Positions 25,861 to 39,671 of a stretch of 64,000 bases of DNA are shown here, piece after piece. Position 1 is the stretch's first letter. Each line of letters begins with the position of its first letter. Source of the DNA: Podarcis muralis (taxonomy: Eukaryota). The notes below the pieces were generated by a model, which was not told the origin of the DNA, searched no databases, and was given only the letters and a program-made list of their open reading frames with translations. The stretch is taken from positions 52,204,001 to 52,268,000 of the forward strand of contig NC_135659.1 in the NCBI RefSeq assembly GCF_964188315.1. Direction: 5' to 3'. Made by a program: the position numbers and the translations under genes.

Positions 25861-27689
25861 GGCACTGGCAAAGACTTAGCAACAGCTGTACAAATCCACG
25901 ATGAAGGAGGCTACTTTCACACTGCTGACTGAATGCTTAAGGGGGCAGGGGGAGATACACTTAACAGGTACCCCCCCACACCATCCATCAATACCGACAA
26001 GCTTTTTCTACAATAATCTGGGGTTGATTCCTTTTTGCCTAGGATGGAGCATAGGCTGGTCCCTATTGCACTCTCTGTAACTCAGTTCTGTCCTCTTATC
26101 ACACAAAGCACTGGTGTTCTGCTTTCAGCAATAAAACTCAGCAAAGTAAGGAAGGATACATGCCTGCGTTTGTCTTTTCTCCCTCCACATACATCACCCC
26201 CCTTCATTCAGCTACTTCCCTCTCTCTGCAAATTCCCCATTTCCAATCTCCTGACTCAAGTCTATTTGACTAAAGAGACGAGTAAACCACAGTCCAAGTG
26301 CACATCTCTCTGCCCTGTGGTTGGCATGGAAACATAAAATATTCTGTGAGCATAAATGTTCACTACAAAAGATGGTACTTTCTGGGGAACCCTCCGTCCA
26401 AGGTTCTCCACACTGAAATCCATGTCTCTGAGGATATCTTTAAACACATGCATCTTAAGCTCAGTGACACCCAGGCAACTGGGAAGGGCACAGCTATATG
26501 GGGGTGAAAGAACCCTTCAGAAATCCCTGTGCACATTCAAAGAGTAAACATGGGGATAGGGATTGAAATCAGATCTCACTATTTGTTATGTCTGACCTCC
26601 ATGTGTTGGAGGACACATCTGCACAATAGCCTATGCATGAAGAGCCTCCCCCACCCCCTTTGCCAGCACATATCATACTAAAAAGCAACTCTCCATTTAT
26701 GTGGTAGCTACATTCTGGGCCCCTGCATGCATACGTAAAATTGTGTAAAATGGGGAGCAACTTGGAGAATCCTAGTGGCTTGCATGGAAACTCACCCCAG
26801 ACCCACCAAAGAGGGTTTCCTTGCGAGCTGGAAGGGCAGTGGGGCTTTACTGAGTTGCTCAACTTCCCCGCCAAACAGCTGACATGTGGGGCAGCACAGC
26901 CACTGTTGCTGCTTCCCCATGCATCAGCTGAGCAAGCCCTGGTGCCCCTCCAGCTCACATTGAGGTCCTCTTTGGGCTGTGGGGAAGGTCTCCTCGTGAG
27001 CCAGGAGGACTCTCCAGGGAGCTCCATATTTCCAGGTTCATCTTCCAGGTTCCTAGCACTGCTTGTACGTGTTGGTCGTGTGCAAATACATCACACATAA
27101 ATGAGTTGTTGTTGCCTGTATAGAAACTTGTCCTCTAATGGAGGTTGGGTCCAGCAAGGTGATGGGGACTTGCCACAATGGTTCCGATTCCTTCCTCCCA
27201 CTTTGAATGCCTTTGAACATCTGCATTATGCCTTTGAGCATAAGGCTGGAGAGGAGCTCCATAGCCCTGCCTCCCAAGCCACTGTTTCACACAGGAAGCC
27301 ACACTGAGTTTTTATTCTTTGTATGTAGCTCTATGGGATAAGATTCCCACCATGATTCACTGATGAAGCAAAAACTCCATCAGACTGTGAAACAGCCATA
27401 GAAATTACCATTCCCCCATGTCATATCACTCATTTAGGACGTTGGAATCTGATATAAAAAGTATTCAGTTATGGATTTCTAGAACTGGTCAGGGTGGGGA
27501 GGCTATGCTTGATGATCAGGCTGGCATTAAAATCCTAGTACCATCTTTGTCTATAATGCTATATTCTATTTTCCTCAGAGGCCTGCACTTAGGACCTCTT
27601 GCCCCATGTCACAGTACCATATGAGGCTGCTACTAATCTCAGCTGCACTGCACACACAGAATCAACATGCACCACATTTCTCTGACTTA

Positions 27690-27929
<240 letters not shown>

Positions 27930-28574
27930 TCATGGGGTTGAGAAGACAAGGGGGTCGCCAGAATCCTGGACCATGCTGGTAGTGGAAACAGACTGTACTA
28001 CAGGGAATAGTTGTTACTACAGGGGAGAGGCTTCCTATGATGTACTCTGGGGGTGGGGGACCTCTGGACTGGGGGCCAAACATAGCTCTCCAAACCTCTC
28101 CATCTGGTCCTTGCCATACACCCTCTGCAGGCATGCCCCTCACTGACCCTGGGTCACACTCTCTTTGAGTGTTTTTGCCTGGCTGGAATGTGTCATTGAA
28201 CTCTGATAACGCCTTACGCATGCCTGGGTGGAGGATAAAAAGGGGTGTGTGTAACTAGTCAGCTGTACAAAAGGTAAAACATTAACATTTGCAGCTCTGC
28301 CATTTTTGCTTCAGCTGCCACCCAGTACTGGCATCTGTTCCCTGAAAGGTTGTCCAGGGGAGAATACAGCCTGTGGTCTGCAAATGCTCTCCACCCCTGG
28401 AACACACTTTACTTCTGCCCAATTTTCACTGATAAAATGGATTTTCCAGTTCTGAAACTGGACAAAACCCTGCAAACCTGTTTACCAGAGGTGAAAAGGA
28501 AGGAGTAAACCATGCAAGGGGGGGGGGAGAGCAAAGATCACTCTTTCAACCTTTCAAGAAAGCTTGCAGCATTT

Positions 28575-29085
28575 TACATTTTTTAGTTTAGAGAAAAGGA
28601 GAGTAAGAGGTGACATGATAGAAGTTTATAAAAGTATGCATGGTATGGAGAAAGGGGATAGAGAAGGTTTTCTTCCTGTCTCATAACACCAGAAGCTGCA
28701 GACATCCAGTGAAGCAGAATGTTGGAAGATTCAGGACAGATAAAAGAAAGAACGAACTTGTTCACAAAGCACATAGTTAAACTATGGAAATCTCTCCCCT
28801 AGGAGGTAGTGATGGCCACCAAACCTGAATGGTTTTAAAAGATTAGACAAATTCATGGAGGAGAGGGCTATCAGTGGCTACTAGACACAATGGCTATGCT
28901 TTGTCTCCACAGTTGGAAGCAGTAATGCTTCTGAATATCAGTTGCTGGAAATCACAGGAAGGGAAAGGGCTCTCGTGCTTGAATCCTGCCTGTGGACTTC
29001 CTGTAGGCATCTGGTTGGTCACTGTGAAACGGGATGCTGAACTAGATGGGCCATTGGCTGGATCCAGCAGGCTTTTCTTATGGTC
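28575..29085 (+). mobile_element. CR1 LINE 3' end
   Basis: Translates to FSLEKRRVRGDMIEVYKSMHGMEKGDRE (CR1 ORF2 C-terminus), followed by a CR1 3' UTR ending gatccagcaggcttttcttatg. Confidence 0.85.
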
Positions 29086-29510
29086 TCTGAAGAAGCTATT
29101 GTCTGTCTTCAACCTTTATTAAGTAGCAGATCTGGAGGAGTACCAAGACCCAAGTGTACCTCCTTCCAACCATCAATGCCTGCAAAAGCTGTCCAGATGG
29201 GACTCCAGATATGACTCTGACAGAGACAGGCTGCTTGAGTTCTGTTTCCTTAAAAGTTTTTAGAATGGTAATGTGTTTAAAGGCTGATTTGCAAGGCTTC
29301 TCAGAATGTGCTCAAGTGATTCAGTGAAAAAAACAGTAAGGAAACCATGAACTCTTTGGGTCACTGAGTCCACCAGAATGATACCCTCTTAAGTTATTCT
29401 GCCAGCTGGAACATGGTACAGTTACTTGACATCACATGAAACAGGGATTGAACCTCAGGTCTGATGCACTGAGAATTTTGTTAGCATGAGGTGCTGCTAA
29501 CAACACTTAC

Positions 29511-29634
29511 CATCAATGGAGGTCAGAATGACACGTGAATGGTCATAGGCAATCACGTTTGCATAGCGGTTCTTTGGTTTGTTCACTTCCAGGTTGGAGT
29601 TCTCCCAGGTGAACTGCTGCCCGGGATCAATCGA
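29511..29634 (-). CDS. PTPRF: PTPRF D1 exon: [41 protein letters not shown](G)
   Basis: CAG|TCG acceptor, G|GTAAG donor, 124 nt. Contains the KNRY pTyr loop. Confidence 0.97.
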
Positions 29635-30344
29635 CTGCAACAAAGAAGAGGAGAAAAGGAGTGCTAAAACACAAGTTCTTTCTGTCTCTCTCAATTCATG
29701 GCATGATTACAAGCTTTCACACTTCTATGTGTGCATGTATGCCTTTCAACTCTGAAATAAACACCAGCCACCCTAGAATGTGAAACAGTATGGAAAGAAA
29801 GTTTCATATGCGAGATCTTGTGAATCAGCTTTCAGATTGGTTTGCCATCGGCACATTCAGTCTGGGCAGACCCCCCCCCCAAAGGGGGGGGGGAAGCCTT
29901 GCCTATCTTGAAAGTCAACCCCCAAAATTGAATTGGCCCTTTACAATCAATGCAGCAATTAAATACTTTTTGCACTGTGTGAATTCTCTAAAAGTCAAAA
30001 CAGTGATTCATCTTGAGTTGGTGAAAGTTGTCTCATGAGTAAATCCTCTGATGTGCAGCATCTCTGCAAATCTGTGCCCAGTGAAAAAATAAACTCCCAA
30101 CTGTCTTAGAGGCATTATTGGGCAAAATACTGTAACATCTTTAAAAATAAGCTTGAGGACAGAAGCAAACATGTATAGTAGATATATTCTCTCTTAGGCA
30201 TGAACAGTGTTGTTTGCATCTAGGATGAGTCTGTGCATCTAGGATGAGTCTGTGTTGCTCCAGATGGCAGTTTTGGAACCATTGTATGAAAATTGCAAGG
30301 GAGCATTTTTTGACCAAATATTAGAAGAAACTTGCTAATGGTAA

Positions 30345-30512
30345 GAACTGTTTTGACAGTGAACAGAGTCTTGGAAGGTGATGGGCTCTCCTTTGCTGGA
30401 GGTATTTCAGTAGATCTGTCAGAAGTGCTGTAGTTTAATCATGCATTATAAATTGTGAATTCAGCGGGCTAGATGAGATGATCTCAAAGATCTCTTCCAA
30501 CTCTGATTCTAA
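30345..30512 (+). mobile_element. Old CR1 3' fragment
   Basis: ctagatgagatgatctcaaagatctcttccaactctgattcta matches the CR1 terminal motif. Confidence 0.55.
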
Positions 30513-32376
30513 TGCAAGTCTCTCTTTCTCCTCTGCACACCAGTGAGGCATGATATGTAGGGAGGAAATGGTGTGTATATAATCAACCTTTTCCTTGCAA
30601 CCTCTCCAGCTGCTTTCCCACCACTTGATGTGGCAAATAATCATCTGGGAATAAAGCATCTTGGAACGTGCTCTGGATTAAGAGTTAATAATTTATTCCA
30701 ATTGTTGTTTCAATCCTGCAAATTCCTTCCAACAGTACTCTGCTGCAAAGATACAACCACCCTGGTACCTAGACCCTTTTGCAGATCACCATATAAATTT
30801 GGCCTTTAAACCAGACCCAAATCCCTGAACGCTTAAGTCCTCTCTCCCCTTCTGCCACAGTGATATCTACTGTGTCAGGCTAACCAGAGCTACTAGTAAA
30901 AAGGGCGCGTGTTTTTTACAGTAAGTCAAATGTGCAACTGCCAGAAAACTAAAGAGCAATGAAAGGAAGGAAAAACACCATTCAACCCTACATCGTCCTA
31001 CAGAAGTACAGGACTGCAGAGTAAATGTTCCTTTCCTGCCTTCTATGGGAAACAGGTTGTGGAGAAGCACTCAGGTGGAATTTAAATAGGAACTTTAGCA
31101 GTTGGTTCCTCTTATGTGGGCTCAGCCAGAGAAATCTCTCTCAGCTGGATCATACTCTATAATTCTATGTACAAGTTCCTTCATTTTTGAGTGGCTGAGA
31201 ACTCACACCTGCATCTTCAACATGGGTTCATGGAGCAAATGCTGGAGAAGCTGTGCCCATCCAAGCATATGTATCCAATGCACTGGTCTGCGTTGATCAA
31301 TGTTTTTGCCACAATTCTCAGTGTAGTTGGCAGGACTAGGTCGGCAACTACTGCCTGCTCTCCTGCAAAACTTAAAACACCCGATTGTGATATCCAGTTA
31401 ACACTTGGCATGCGATCTGTTTCATGCCTGACATGGCAATTTAGGTAACAGTCCTACATGATGCAGACTGCAATGGACAGAGAGCTGCTTTTTCAGTTTC
31501 CCACAGGCACAGCATGGTAGACAAAATTGTCTGAGCAAAACCAGAGCAAGCACTTTATAGAACAGTAGAATGCACATGAGCAACAAAGTCGAAGCAGCTC
31601 AGTATAGGTAGTGTTGGCACTTCTCCCAGTCTGACTCCTCACAACCACTGCTGGGAAGTTTCCTTCTTTAAGGGCTTTTCTCCCACTGCATTACAGGAGC
31701 AACAGGCTGAGGCAGTCATAAACAAAAACGCACATGGGCTGGTTCACTTGGAGGAATGACAGGTTTAAGTCCAAGAAACTGCACAGGCCTTTCAGGAAAA
31801 CAGCATCCCATGTTAGGTTCAGTGGCAATGGGTATTCCTTTCAAAGAAGAGCAATGCAGCACACAAAAGAGATTTTCACTGTCTCAGCAGGGAGGATATG
31901 ACATCACAGCACTGCTAATAGGTGGTTTGGGAAATGCAGGATGTAAATAGACGTTTCCAACAGGAACCCTATAATCTTCTATTATCAGAGTAATAAGCAG
32001 GCAGTGCAGTGCAAAGTGGCAGGAGTAGACACAGCCCAGCTCTCTGCAGCTCAAGGCTAGGGCTCAAGTCACACTAAGCACATGTCACACATAAGAGAAA
32101 CAAGCCAGGTTTCTGGTCCATAGCTACCTGGACCTGTCCATTTGGCACCCAGATGTCTTTTGTTTTCACCTAGCAGAGAGGAATTCCATTTGTGTTTTTT
32201 GTAAGCTATCCTCTCTGCAATAAATCAATGGTAGGGAAGCATTTTGCGTCTTGGCAGGATTTTTTTTACAGCTCAAGACAAGCATAGCAAATATAGCCCA
32301 TCCCAAGCCTAATATTATATTTCAGGCCACATTTCAATAAATATGGTAATATCCTCAGCAAACAAGTAGGAAGATG

Positions 32377-32380
<4 letters not shown>

Positions 32381-32456
<76 letters not shown>
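32381..32456. repeat. Compound (CT)23(CA)15 microsatellite
   Basis: Read directly. Confidence 0.95.
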
Positions 32457-32458
<2 letters not shown>

Positions 32459-35299
32459 ATTGCACTGGTAAGATCTAAAGTGATGAATGGGCAGCAGTGC
32501 ACTTTCACAGGTGGATTTGGTGAGGACACAAGAGAGGGCCTTCTCGGTGGTTGTTCCAAGATTGTGGAAATCTCTTCCACAGTAGGTTAGGCTGCCCCCC
32601 ACCCAGCTTTCCTTTAGCTGGTAGGGAAATACTTTTTTGTCTAGACAGGCCTTTGGTCATTTACTGGCTGCTGTGGCAGTGTATTCTGAAGGTGGGGGTT
32701 CTACACATTTTTCTTTTTGTGTGTGCTTTTAAATTGCTTTGAGTGTTTTTGGTGCTCTTTTTAATAGAGTTACTTATTTATATTGCTTGTGTGTCTTTAA
32801 GCCACATTTGTTTTAATTCATTCTGTGAGCCATATGTGGTCCTATACTGGGATATAAAGTGGGCCACATCACTTTAGACTGTGTAGAACCTCTGTGCAGA
32901 AAAGCCTCCTTCAGAACCCTCCTGGAGGCCTTGCCCTAAGCGTAGAGTCTGAAGCACAAAACACACCTCTGCTCAGTCAGAGTCACACTGAGACGGCTGC
33001 AATGACATGGAAGATAAAGGCGAGGATGGCATAGCTTCACCCGATCCCCCAGAGTGTAGCATCAGCAGTACCACTACAGCAACTGTCTTGCTCTGCAATG
33101 CGGAGGTGAAAAATCTCCCATGTTCTATCACCAACGACCCTATAAGAGGGCAAACAGGTGAGAAAAGCAGCATCCACCTGGCAGTGAAGAAGTGCTAATT
33201 AAATACGCCTGCAAATGAGTGACTTGTTTAGAAGTGAAATGATTTAATTTAAACTCTACTGATGAATTAATGTGCACCTGTTTCCCCCTTAATGGCGGGC
33301 AAATGAGTAAATAAGGCAGGGAAAGAGAGGTGCCCCAATGCAGCTGAAACCCATCAAGCAGTTTTTTTCAGATGGGCCACACCAAGTAAAGGGCTCACCC
33401 CACTGTTACCTAACTCCTCTCCTCTGTCCACGGGCAAAACAGCTTTGCCGTACTGGGATGTGCACATTCACTCTTGCAATTTGGGCCCAACAAGAACCTC
33501 ACATTACCCAATCTAAGACAGCAACAGCAGCGTGTATGTATGGGGTGGGATTTTTCAGGAAGGGAGGGACAGACACCAATTTGAATAAAGAGTTGTCAAC
33601 ATTTTTCCTGGAAGATTTCCTGTATGGCCAGCAGAAATTCAGCAGGTGAAGCTTTTCTTGGCAGGTCCAATGACTGAAAGGATAATATTCCTTTTGTTAA
33701 AGGTGCAGGAGCACAGCTAGAGAAGAAGTTGGCAATGTCTCTACTTTTTTAGCAGGCTGGGATGATGCAAACCTTGCTAGCTACATGGTTTGGTTCCAGC
33801 ATGTTTGCTGTGCCCATCAAGAGGTTATGATTCCTAAACCCTGAACTCCAGGCAGTGCTCTAGCATAACCATAGCAAGCTAGTGCATTAGTGTACTACCA
33901 GTGTATTAATGATGGCAGCACCCATGTTAACACAGCCATTGACCAATACAAAGTCAAAAAAACTTCTTAAATGGGAAAAGAATGGCTTCTGAATCAATCA
34001 CTGGCAATGTGTCAAATTGCAGAGTCACGTCTGTCACTGAAAAGAAAACTTCCAACTTCTAGGACATATTGCAGCACAGTAAGCAGATACGGCTGTGGGA
34101 ACTTGCATGTAGTTTTGATGGGCCCAATGAATGCCTGGACGGAAAGCAACTGGGGATAACTGAGGAGCTCACCCTCCAGAAATCCCTTGCTGCCACAGGA
34201 GCTTGATGGCAGTGACTGAGTATGCAGTACCTCCTGCTCCAATGATCTCTTCCCTTACTTGCACCCTGCTTGCTACAGGAGACAAGAGAGAAGGGTGAGC
34301 AAATTAATTAGCAGGGCAGGAGGTGTTGCTACTGCACACTTGCTGTCATACTTGCTTTGAGCTCTTAAAGTGACAGGCAGTCTCTTAGGAAACCCCAGTG
34401 AGGTCTTTGTTCTGTGGTCAGATGGCCAAGGAGGATTTTGGAAGTGGGGGGCATGGCAGGATACTTGGAGAGGGGAAAGGCGATACAGTGAGGAACAAGC
34501 CACACTGCTCTTTTCTAGCTGTAACCATCACCATACAACTAAATATCTGCACCTTGCTAGAGTGTCTGATAGGTTCTAATGCTATGGCAGATGGTTGGAA
34601 AGGAAGAGCTGGAAAAGATGCAGCTCAGATGCTTGGAAGCATTTGCTAGTCTTTCATTATCATTTCAAGGGGCAACAATGAACATATTGCCTTAGCAGGT
34701 GGTTGCTAAGCAGAATCTGCAGGGCTTCTTCAGTAACTGACTTCTTTGTGGCTTCCCAAATAAGGAAGGGTGCATGGCAGTCTGGGAGTCGTAAATCTAT
34801 CCAGCAGGATAGAATTAGGGGAAGGAAATGCTGAGTGCCAAAAATGCTGGGTGATATTTCTGGTTCTGCAATGGAGATGTTAGGACAATTATTAGTTGAA
34901 GCAAGAGACAAAATCTACAACCATTAGGAGTCTCTAAGGTGTATAAGGAAATGATTCAGAGTGAAACAGGACACCCTCTTTCTACAACAACACATATACA
35001 GAGGGACTTGCTCCACGGCCTGTAGTTTTGCCCTCTTTGATCTATTTGGAGCATTGCAGCCACCACCTACTAACTATGCTGACATGATTAAAGTGAGGCA
35101 GGGATAGGTTAACAGCTCTTCACAACAGTCCAATAATTCAGTGTAGATACTGCTTTTGTAGATGGCAAAAGTATACCTGGTCTCCATTAACTGATCAGAG
35201 AATGAAATGCCTGGAAATGTTGGGAGTAGGCCAACCATCCATGGTCTTCACTGGAGGTTCTTTCTGCCTGCTTCCATGAGATATTCTCTTAGCATGACC

Positions 35300-36505
35300 A
35301 GCCTAGGTAGTAAAACCTACACAACTTTGGAGTGGAGCCCCTAAGATGGTTGGATGGCATCTTTCCAGTTGAATGGCCTCTTTTCGACAACTGGTGCCAA
35401 ATGTATTGCTCTGCTTTCCTTTGGACCACAACAGTGAGGCCAAGAGGGAGGTCTTGGCATCTGGGCAGCCCAGGACCCCCATAAACATTGCCCAGGCTTG
35501 CACTTCAGTGAAATCACTTTTATGGTGCAAATGCAGCAAAAACAACACGGAGACAGCAGTTACGAGTTGTAAGCTCAACCTGATTGGCACAAGTGTAAGT
35601 TATAAGCTCTATGAGTTGCCTTGGTTGGTGGGAGAGATCATTGTGTCTCGCTGGGTGTCACTCAACAAGCAGACCAAACAACTGCACCAGGCAAAAAAGA
35701 AATAAACCCTCTTGCACCTAGCAAGCTGGAACATCAGGACTATGTGTCCTGGCTTGTCCACCGACCTGCTGCAGGTCAATAACTCCTGAAAGACAGCCAA
35801 CATTGACTGTGAGCTGAAAATGCTCAACATTGCCGTTGCCACTCTACAGGAGACCAAACTCACTTCAAATGGCTGCCTCAGAGAGAAGAACTTACACCTT
35901 GGGAACCCAGAAGAACCACGAAATTGTGGCATAGGCTTTGCAATGAGGAACTCCCATCTGCCTACAATAGAACAGCTGACAGAGGGCTCAGAATGCTTGC
36001 TTTCCCTCTGCTTTTCAACCACTTCCTGTCTGGTTAATGTCTTGAGCATCTACACTCCCACTATGTGCCCTGAAATACAGACCAGGGACCAGTTCTACAA
36101 GGAAGTAGACTTCTGTCTCAGACACGTCTACATTAACTTGGTCGTGTCCACAGAATGGAAGACAGCAGGGTCCCCAAGGACATCCTCTATGGGGAGCTGG
36201 CTTCAGGCACCAGGCCTGTTAGCAGACCAAGATGTCTGCAAACAAGACATGGAGGCTGACAACATAAACCCCACCGTGTGGGAATCCCTTGCAGATGACC
36301 GCAGTGCTTGGAGGCAGTCAGGTCATCTATCCACAGCAGTGACCAGGGAGGAATGACTGCTGGACTTCTTCATGTGCCCCAGCTGCAACATCTCTCTCCC
36401 GTATCGGTCTCTACAGCCACAGCAGGTGCTATAACTGTCCGATGGTTTGACTTCACCCTCAAAAGCGCACTCCTCCATTGTCTCCCAAGACAGATGCATG
36501 CCAAC
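35300..36505 (+). mobile_element. Internally deleted RTE-clade LINE (5' UTR + APE endonuclease + ORF C-terminus, no RT)
   Basis: LNIAVATLQETKL...GIGFAMRN...VNVLSIYTPT...DQFY is an APE domain, joined near 36113 directly to LGRVHRMEDSRVPKDILYGELASG...WESLADDRSAWRQ...CPSCN..SRIGLYSH. Outer boundaries approximate. Confidence 0.8.
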
Positions 36506-36665
36506 ACATTACATGGCAGGTCAATAAAGCTAAAATTTGTTCCTCACCACCGTATAACATTCCAGTGAATGTATCTGTCAGAGCATGATGCTGCAATTGT
36601 TTCAAAGACCTGAATATATTTTGAACCCAAGAGAAGGGGCAACGTGGAAGCCTAGAAAGGATCAT

Positions 36666-36666
<1 letters not shown>

Positions 36667-36729
<63 letters not shown>
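36667..36729. repeat. (AGC)21 trinucleotide repeat; reads (CUG)21 in the PTPRF pre-mRNA
   Basis: Read directly; uninterrupted. Confidence 0.95.
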
Positions 36730-36730
<1 letters not shown>

Positions 36731-39465
36731 CTAGTCTTCTCACCTCATTGACAGATACAAGGAAAAGAGCTCTAGCTAATTCACTTACTGCACAACACAC
36801 AGCATCTGCTTCCTATTTGCATGTGACCGTGCGGGGGGGGGGGGGAGGAGGAAGCACTCCAGCTTGCTAGTCAGTGACAGAAGGAATCTCACTTGCTCAC
36901 TCACTGAGCCGAGGAGGAAGACTGGCCCCACCTCAAAATTGCCTAATATTTATCCACAGTCTGGCAGACCACCTGCTTTGAGTATCTTGTGGGCACAGCC
37001 TGTCTGCAGTACAGGCAACAGTCCAACAGGAGGAGCTCAAATACAAGCATTGCTCTAGCACAGCAAGAGTGTAGATAAATAATTAACATGCTGGCATGAT
37101 TGTGCTTATTTAATTCTATTAATCCCTGGCTGTAAATTCTCTCCAAGGTTCAGTGTGCTGTAGGAGCTAAAGATGCTCTCTCTGTGGTTTGACATCCAGA
37201 CCTATCAAGAGCAACAATGAGCTACGCCACTTCCACTCCTTATGGTCTGTGCAAGTCACATGGAGAATGACACACTGACTTGAGATCCACAAGGGCTCAT
37301 AACCAGCACTGGCAGCACCAGGCAGCTGTTTTGCTGGGCAAATCCTTTTTCCGCTCCCAATTCTAGCGCAGCTACACCCTCTGCAGGCTGCTGGCACAGT
37401 GCTTGACCACACTTTCTCTACTACTACCCCTGAGGTCCTGAAGTTGAGGCTAGGAACTGTAGTGTTTCTTATTTTGCTTATGAGCTAGGTTTTGCCCTGA
37501 GCAGGAACTCCTAATGCTGTTCCATTCCTGTGGCTGAAGTATTAAGTATGCAGACCTCTGAATTACCTATGGCTTTGAGCATGTCCTTTATGCAGCGGTT
37601 TTGTGGCTAGGTTTGTGTGAGAAACGTAACATGCAATTCTACCCAAATTAATGAGCACACAAATAGCCTCAAGGGCTGATCCAAACTGCTTCCCCTTTCC
37701 TTCTTGCTGCTTCAGCCAGCTGCAAACCCAGTTCAATTAGCTGGGTTCTTGAACTCACAGGATTAGGCTGAGAGGAAAAACTGTGATCTGTGTTGTGATG
37801 CAGAATGCCTTCTCAATGTCTCAGTATATCCCCACATCTCAGCCCTATATTGCTCTTCCACTACTCAGCTTAGATACACAAGACTGCTCCTGAATCATCT
37901 ACCTACTATTCTAGATTTCTTCTTCCACACCACACAGCCATGGCCCTAACAGAGTGCCTGTGGTATCAAAGTGCTTGCTAGGCCTGAAAGTTCAAATTTT
38001 CTCCAGTAGTGACAAGGACAAAAAGCAATAAAGGGTTATTTCTTTATTTTCCAACTTTCTGAGTGAGTATTGCTTCAGTATGCCTTCTCCCTGCGCTAGT
38101 GGGGAAATCCTCTCCTGTTACTCAGCCTGCCCTGGACTTAACAAAGATGAATGGTTCAGACAGGGGTACAAGGCAGCAGAATCCCCAAGAAAAACCCATA
38201 TACCAAAATTAGTTCCTTCCTTAATAGCTACTTAATCATGGTAAATGCAGCTGATGTTTACTTGAAACTGGAATTTGAGAGAGAGGGATTGGAAGGTTGC
38301 AAGTCAGAATTGTATCTAATGACTACTTTTAAGAGATAGTGTGTTCTTTAAAGTGTGATTGAAGCCCCCTATAAGAGTGAGAACACTCAGCACCCCCCAC
38401 CAGCCCTGATACTATTGTAGCTAATGTTGCCCATGGTCCTCTTTCGTACCACACTCCAGAAAAAAATGGATCCTGTCACAATGATCTATGAAAACAAGAG
38501 CCCAATTAGAAATGGGCTTGCATGTGGGATTTTGGGTCCTGGCAGGCTAACAGGCTCATAAGCACTCACCCAGCTGGGAGTTCCTGGAAAACATACTCCT
38601 TTTTGTGTCCTTCCCTGCTAAATGCTGTGGATCAGCAGTGTGTGGTTAACAGTCTTTCCAAACCTTGCTAGGCTTGGGTGCCTCTTTCACATGCTAGCCT
38701 TTAGCCAGCCAGTGCTTCTCCCTGGCCTCTATAATCTTGCCTTCTGGGCAATGCTTGTATCACATCCCCTGAATCAAGGGAGATATGCTGCTGCAAGGGG
38801 AGGTCAGGGGCAAAAGAAGATAACAATTCAAGCAGGACCAATAATGCATGAAAAGGACACTTCCTCAATTTATCCTCCCCCTCTACACATATGAGAAGAG
38901 TTTTATTTATGATTTAAGCCCCTCACAGCTGAAGTGGGCCCTACAGGGCATGCTGCAAGCACAGGAAAACATTTATCCTGCTACTGTGACTCTAATAGCT
39001 ACAAGGGAACTTTTTCCAACATAGCAATTTTTCAAATTAATCATCTGCCTAGTAAATGGTTCATCGTGGAGAGAAGGAGTTTGCCTGCAAAAGCCACCAT
39101 AATTCCTGGCCTCTCAATACCACTATTTTGGCCTCCATCACAGCATAAACAGCACTCTGAGGGTACTGAAACTGTAACCTTTTCCAATATAATTAATAAC
39201 TAACAGAAAGTGTGCAAAACATAATGTGAGAATCTATATCTATATTTCTCTATATACTGGAAGCAAAACAGGTCTGCACTTGACCGTTCACACATTACAT
39301 TTTACACTTTTTTCCAGCATATAGGGCAGTTATGGGCAGAATTCTTTTGTAAGTTCTGCAATGTTAGGTTGGGCTGAGGAGCGGCAGACAAAACTATTGT
39401 CCAGGTCAAAAGCAACCATTCCGGTGCTATCGAGACATTCTAAATCACAACTCTCATTAACTCTC

Positions 39466-39528
39466 TGGCTGGGGCTCATGGGAGTTGCAGTCCAAAAATC
39501 CGGAGGGCACCAGGTTGTTGACCCCTGA
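39466..39528. mobile_element. Half copy of the palindromic hAT-type MITE
   Basis: catgggagttgcagtccaaaaatccggagggcaccaggttgttgacccctg resembles the right arm of the 24229 element. Confidence 0.55.
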
Positions 39529-39573
39529 GCCTGGAAGAATACAGATCCAAGATAAACACCCAAGCAGACTCAC

Positions 39574-39671
39574 CTCATATTCCTGGGAAAACTTCAGCCC
39601 ATCATTGGCCTTCAGTCGGTCGATGTTGTCTGCGAGGTCCGTCACTGGAATGGGAGGATGATCACGCATGC
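39574..39671 (-). CDS. PTPRF: PTPRF wedge exon: (G/S)[32 protein letters not shown]
   Basis: TAG|GC acceptor, GAG|GTGAG donor, 98 nt, phase 1 to 0. Confidence 0.96.

Noticed and set aside
30215-30252. Short tandem duplications (19 bp here; also about 20992-21015, 53394-53423 and 59279-59306)
   Set aside because: Two-copy slippage products. Not CRISPR-like (no spacers, eukaryotic DNA).
36667-36729. Link to the CAG-repeat-containing alternative 3' UTR reported for rat LAR cDNAs
   Set aside because: This tract is intronic and reads CUG, not CAG, on the PTPRF sense strand, so it is probably unrelated.
36459-36870. Poly-Leu and poly-Ser ORFs (and the poly-Tyr ORF at 58538-58762)
   Set aside because: Artefacts of the (AGC)21 and (AAT)13 microsatellites.
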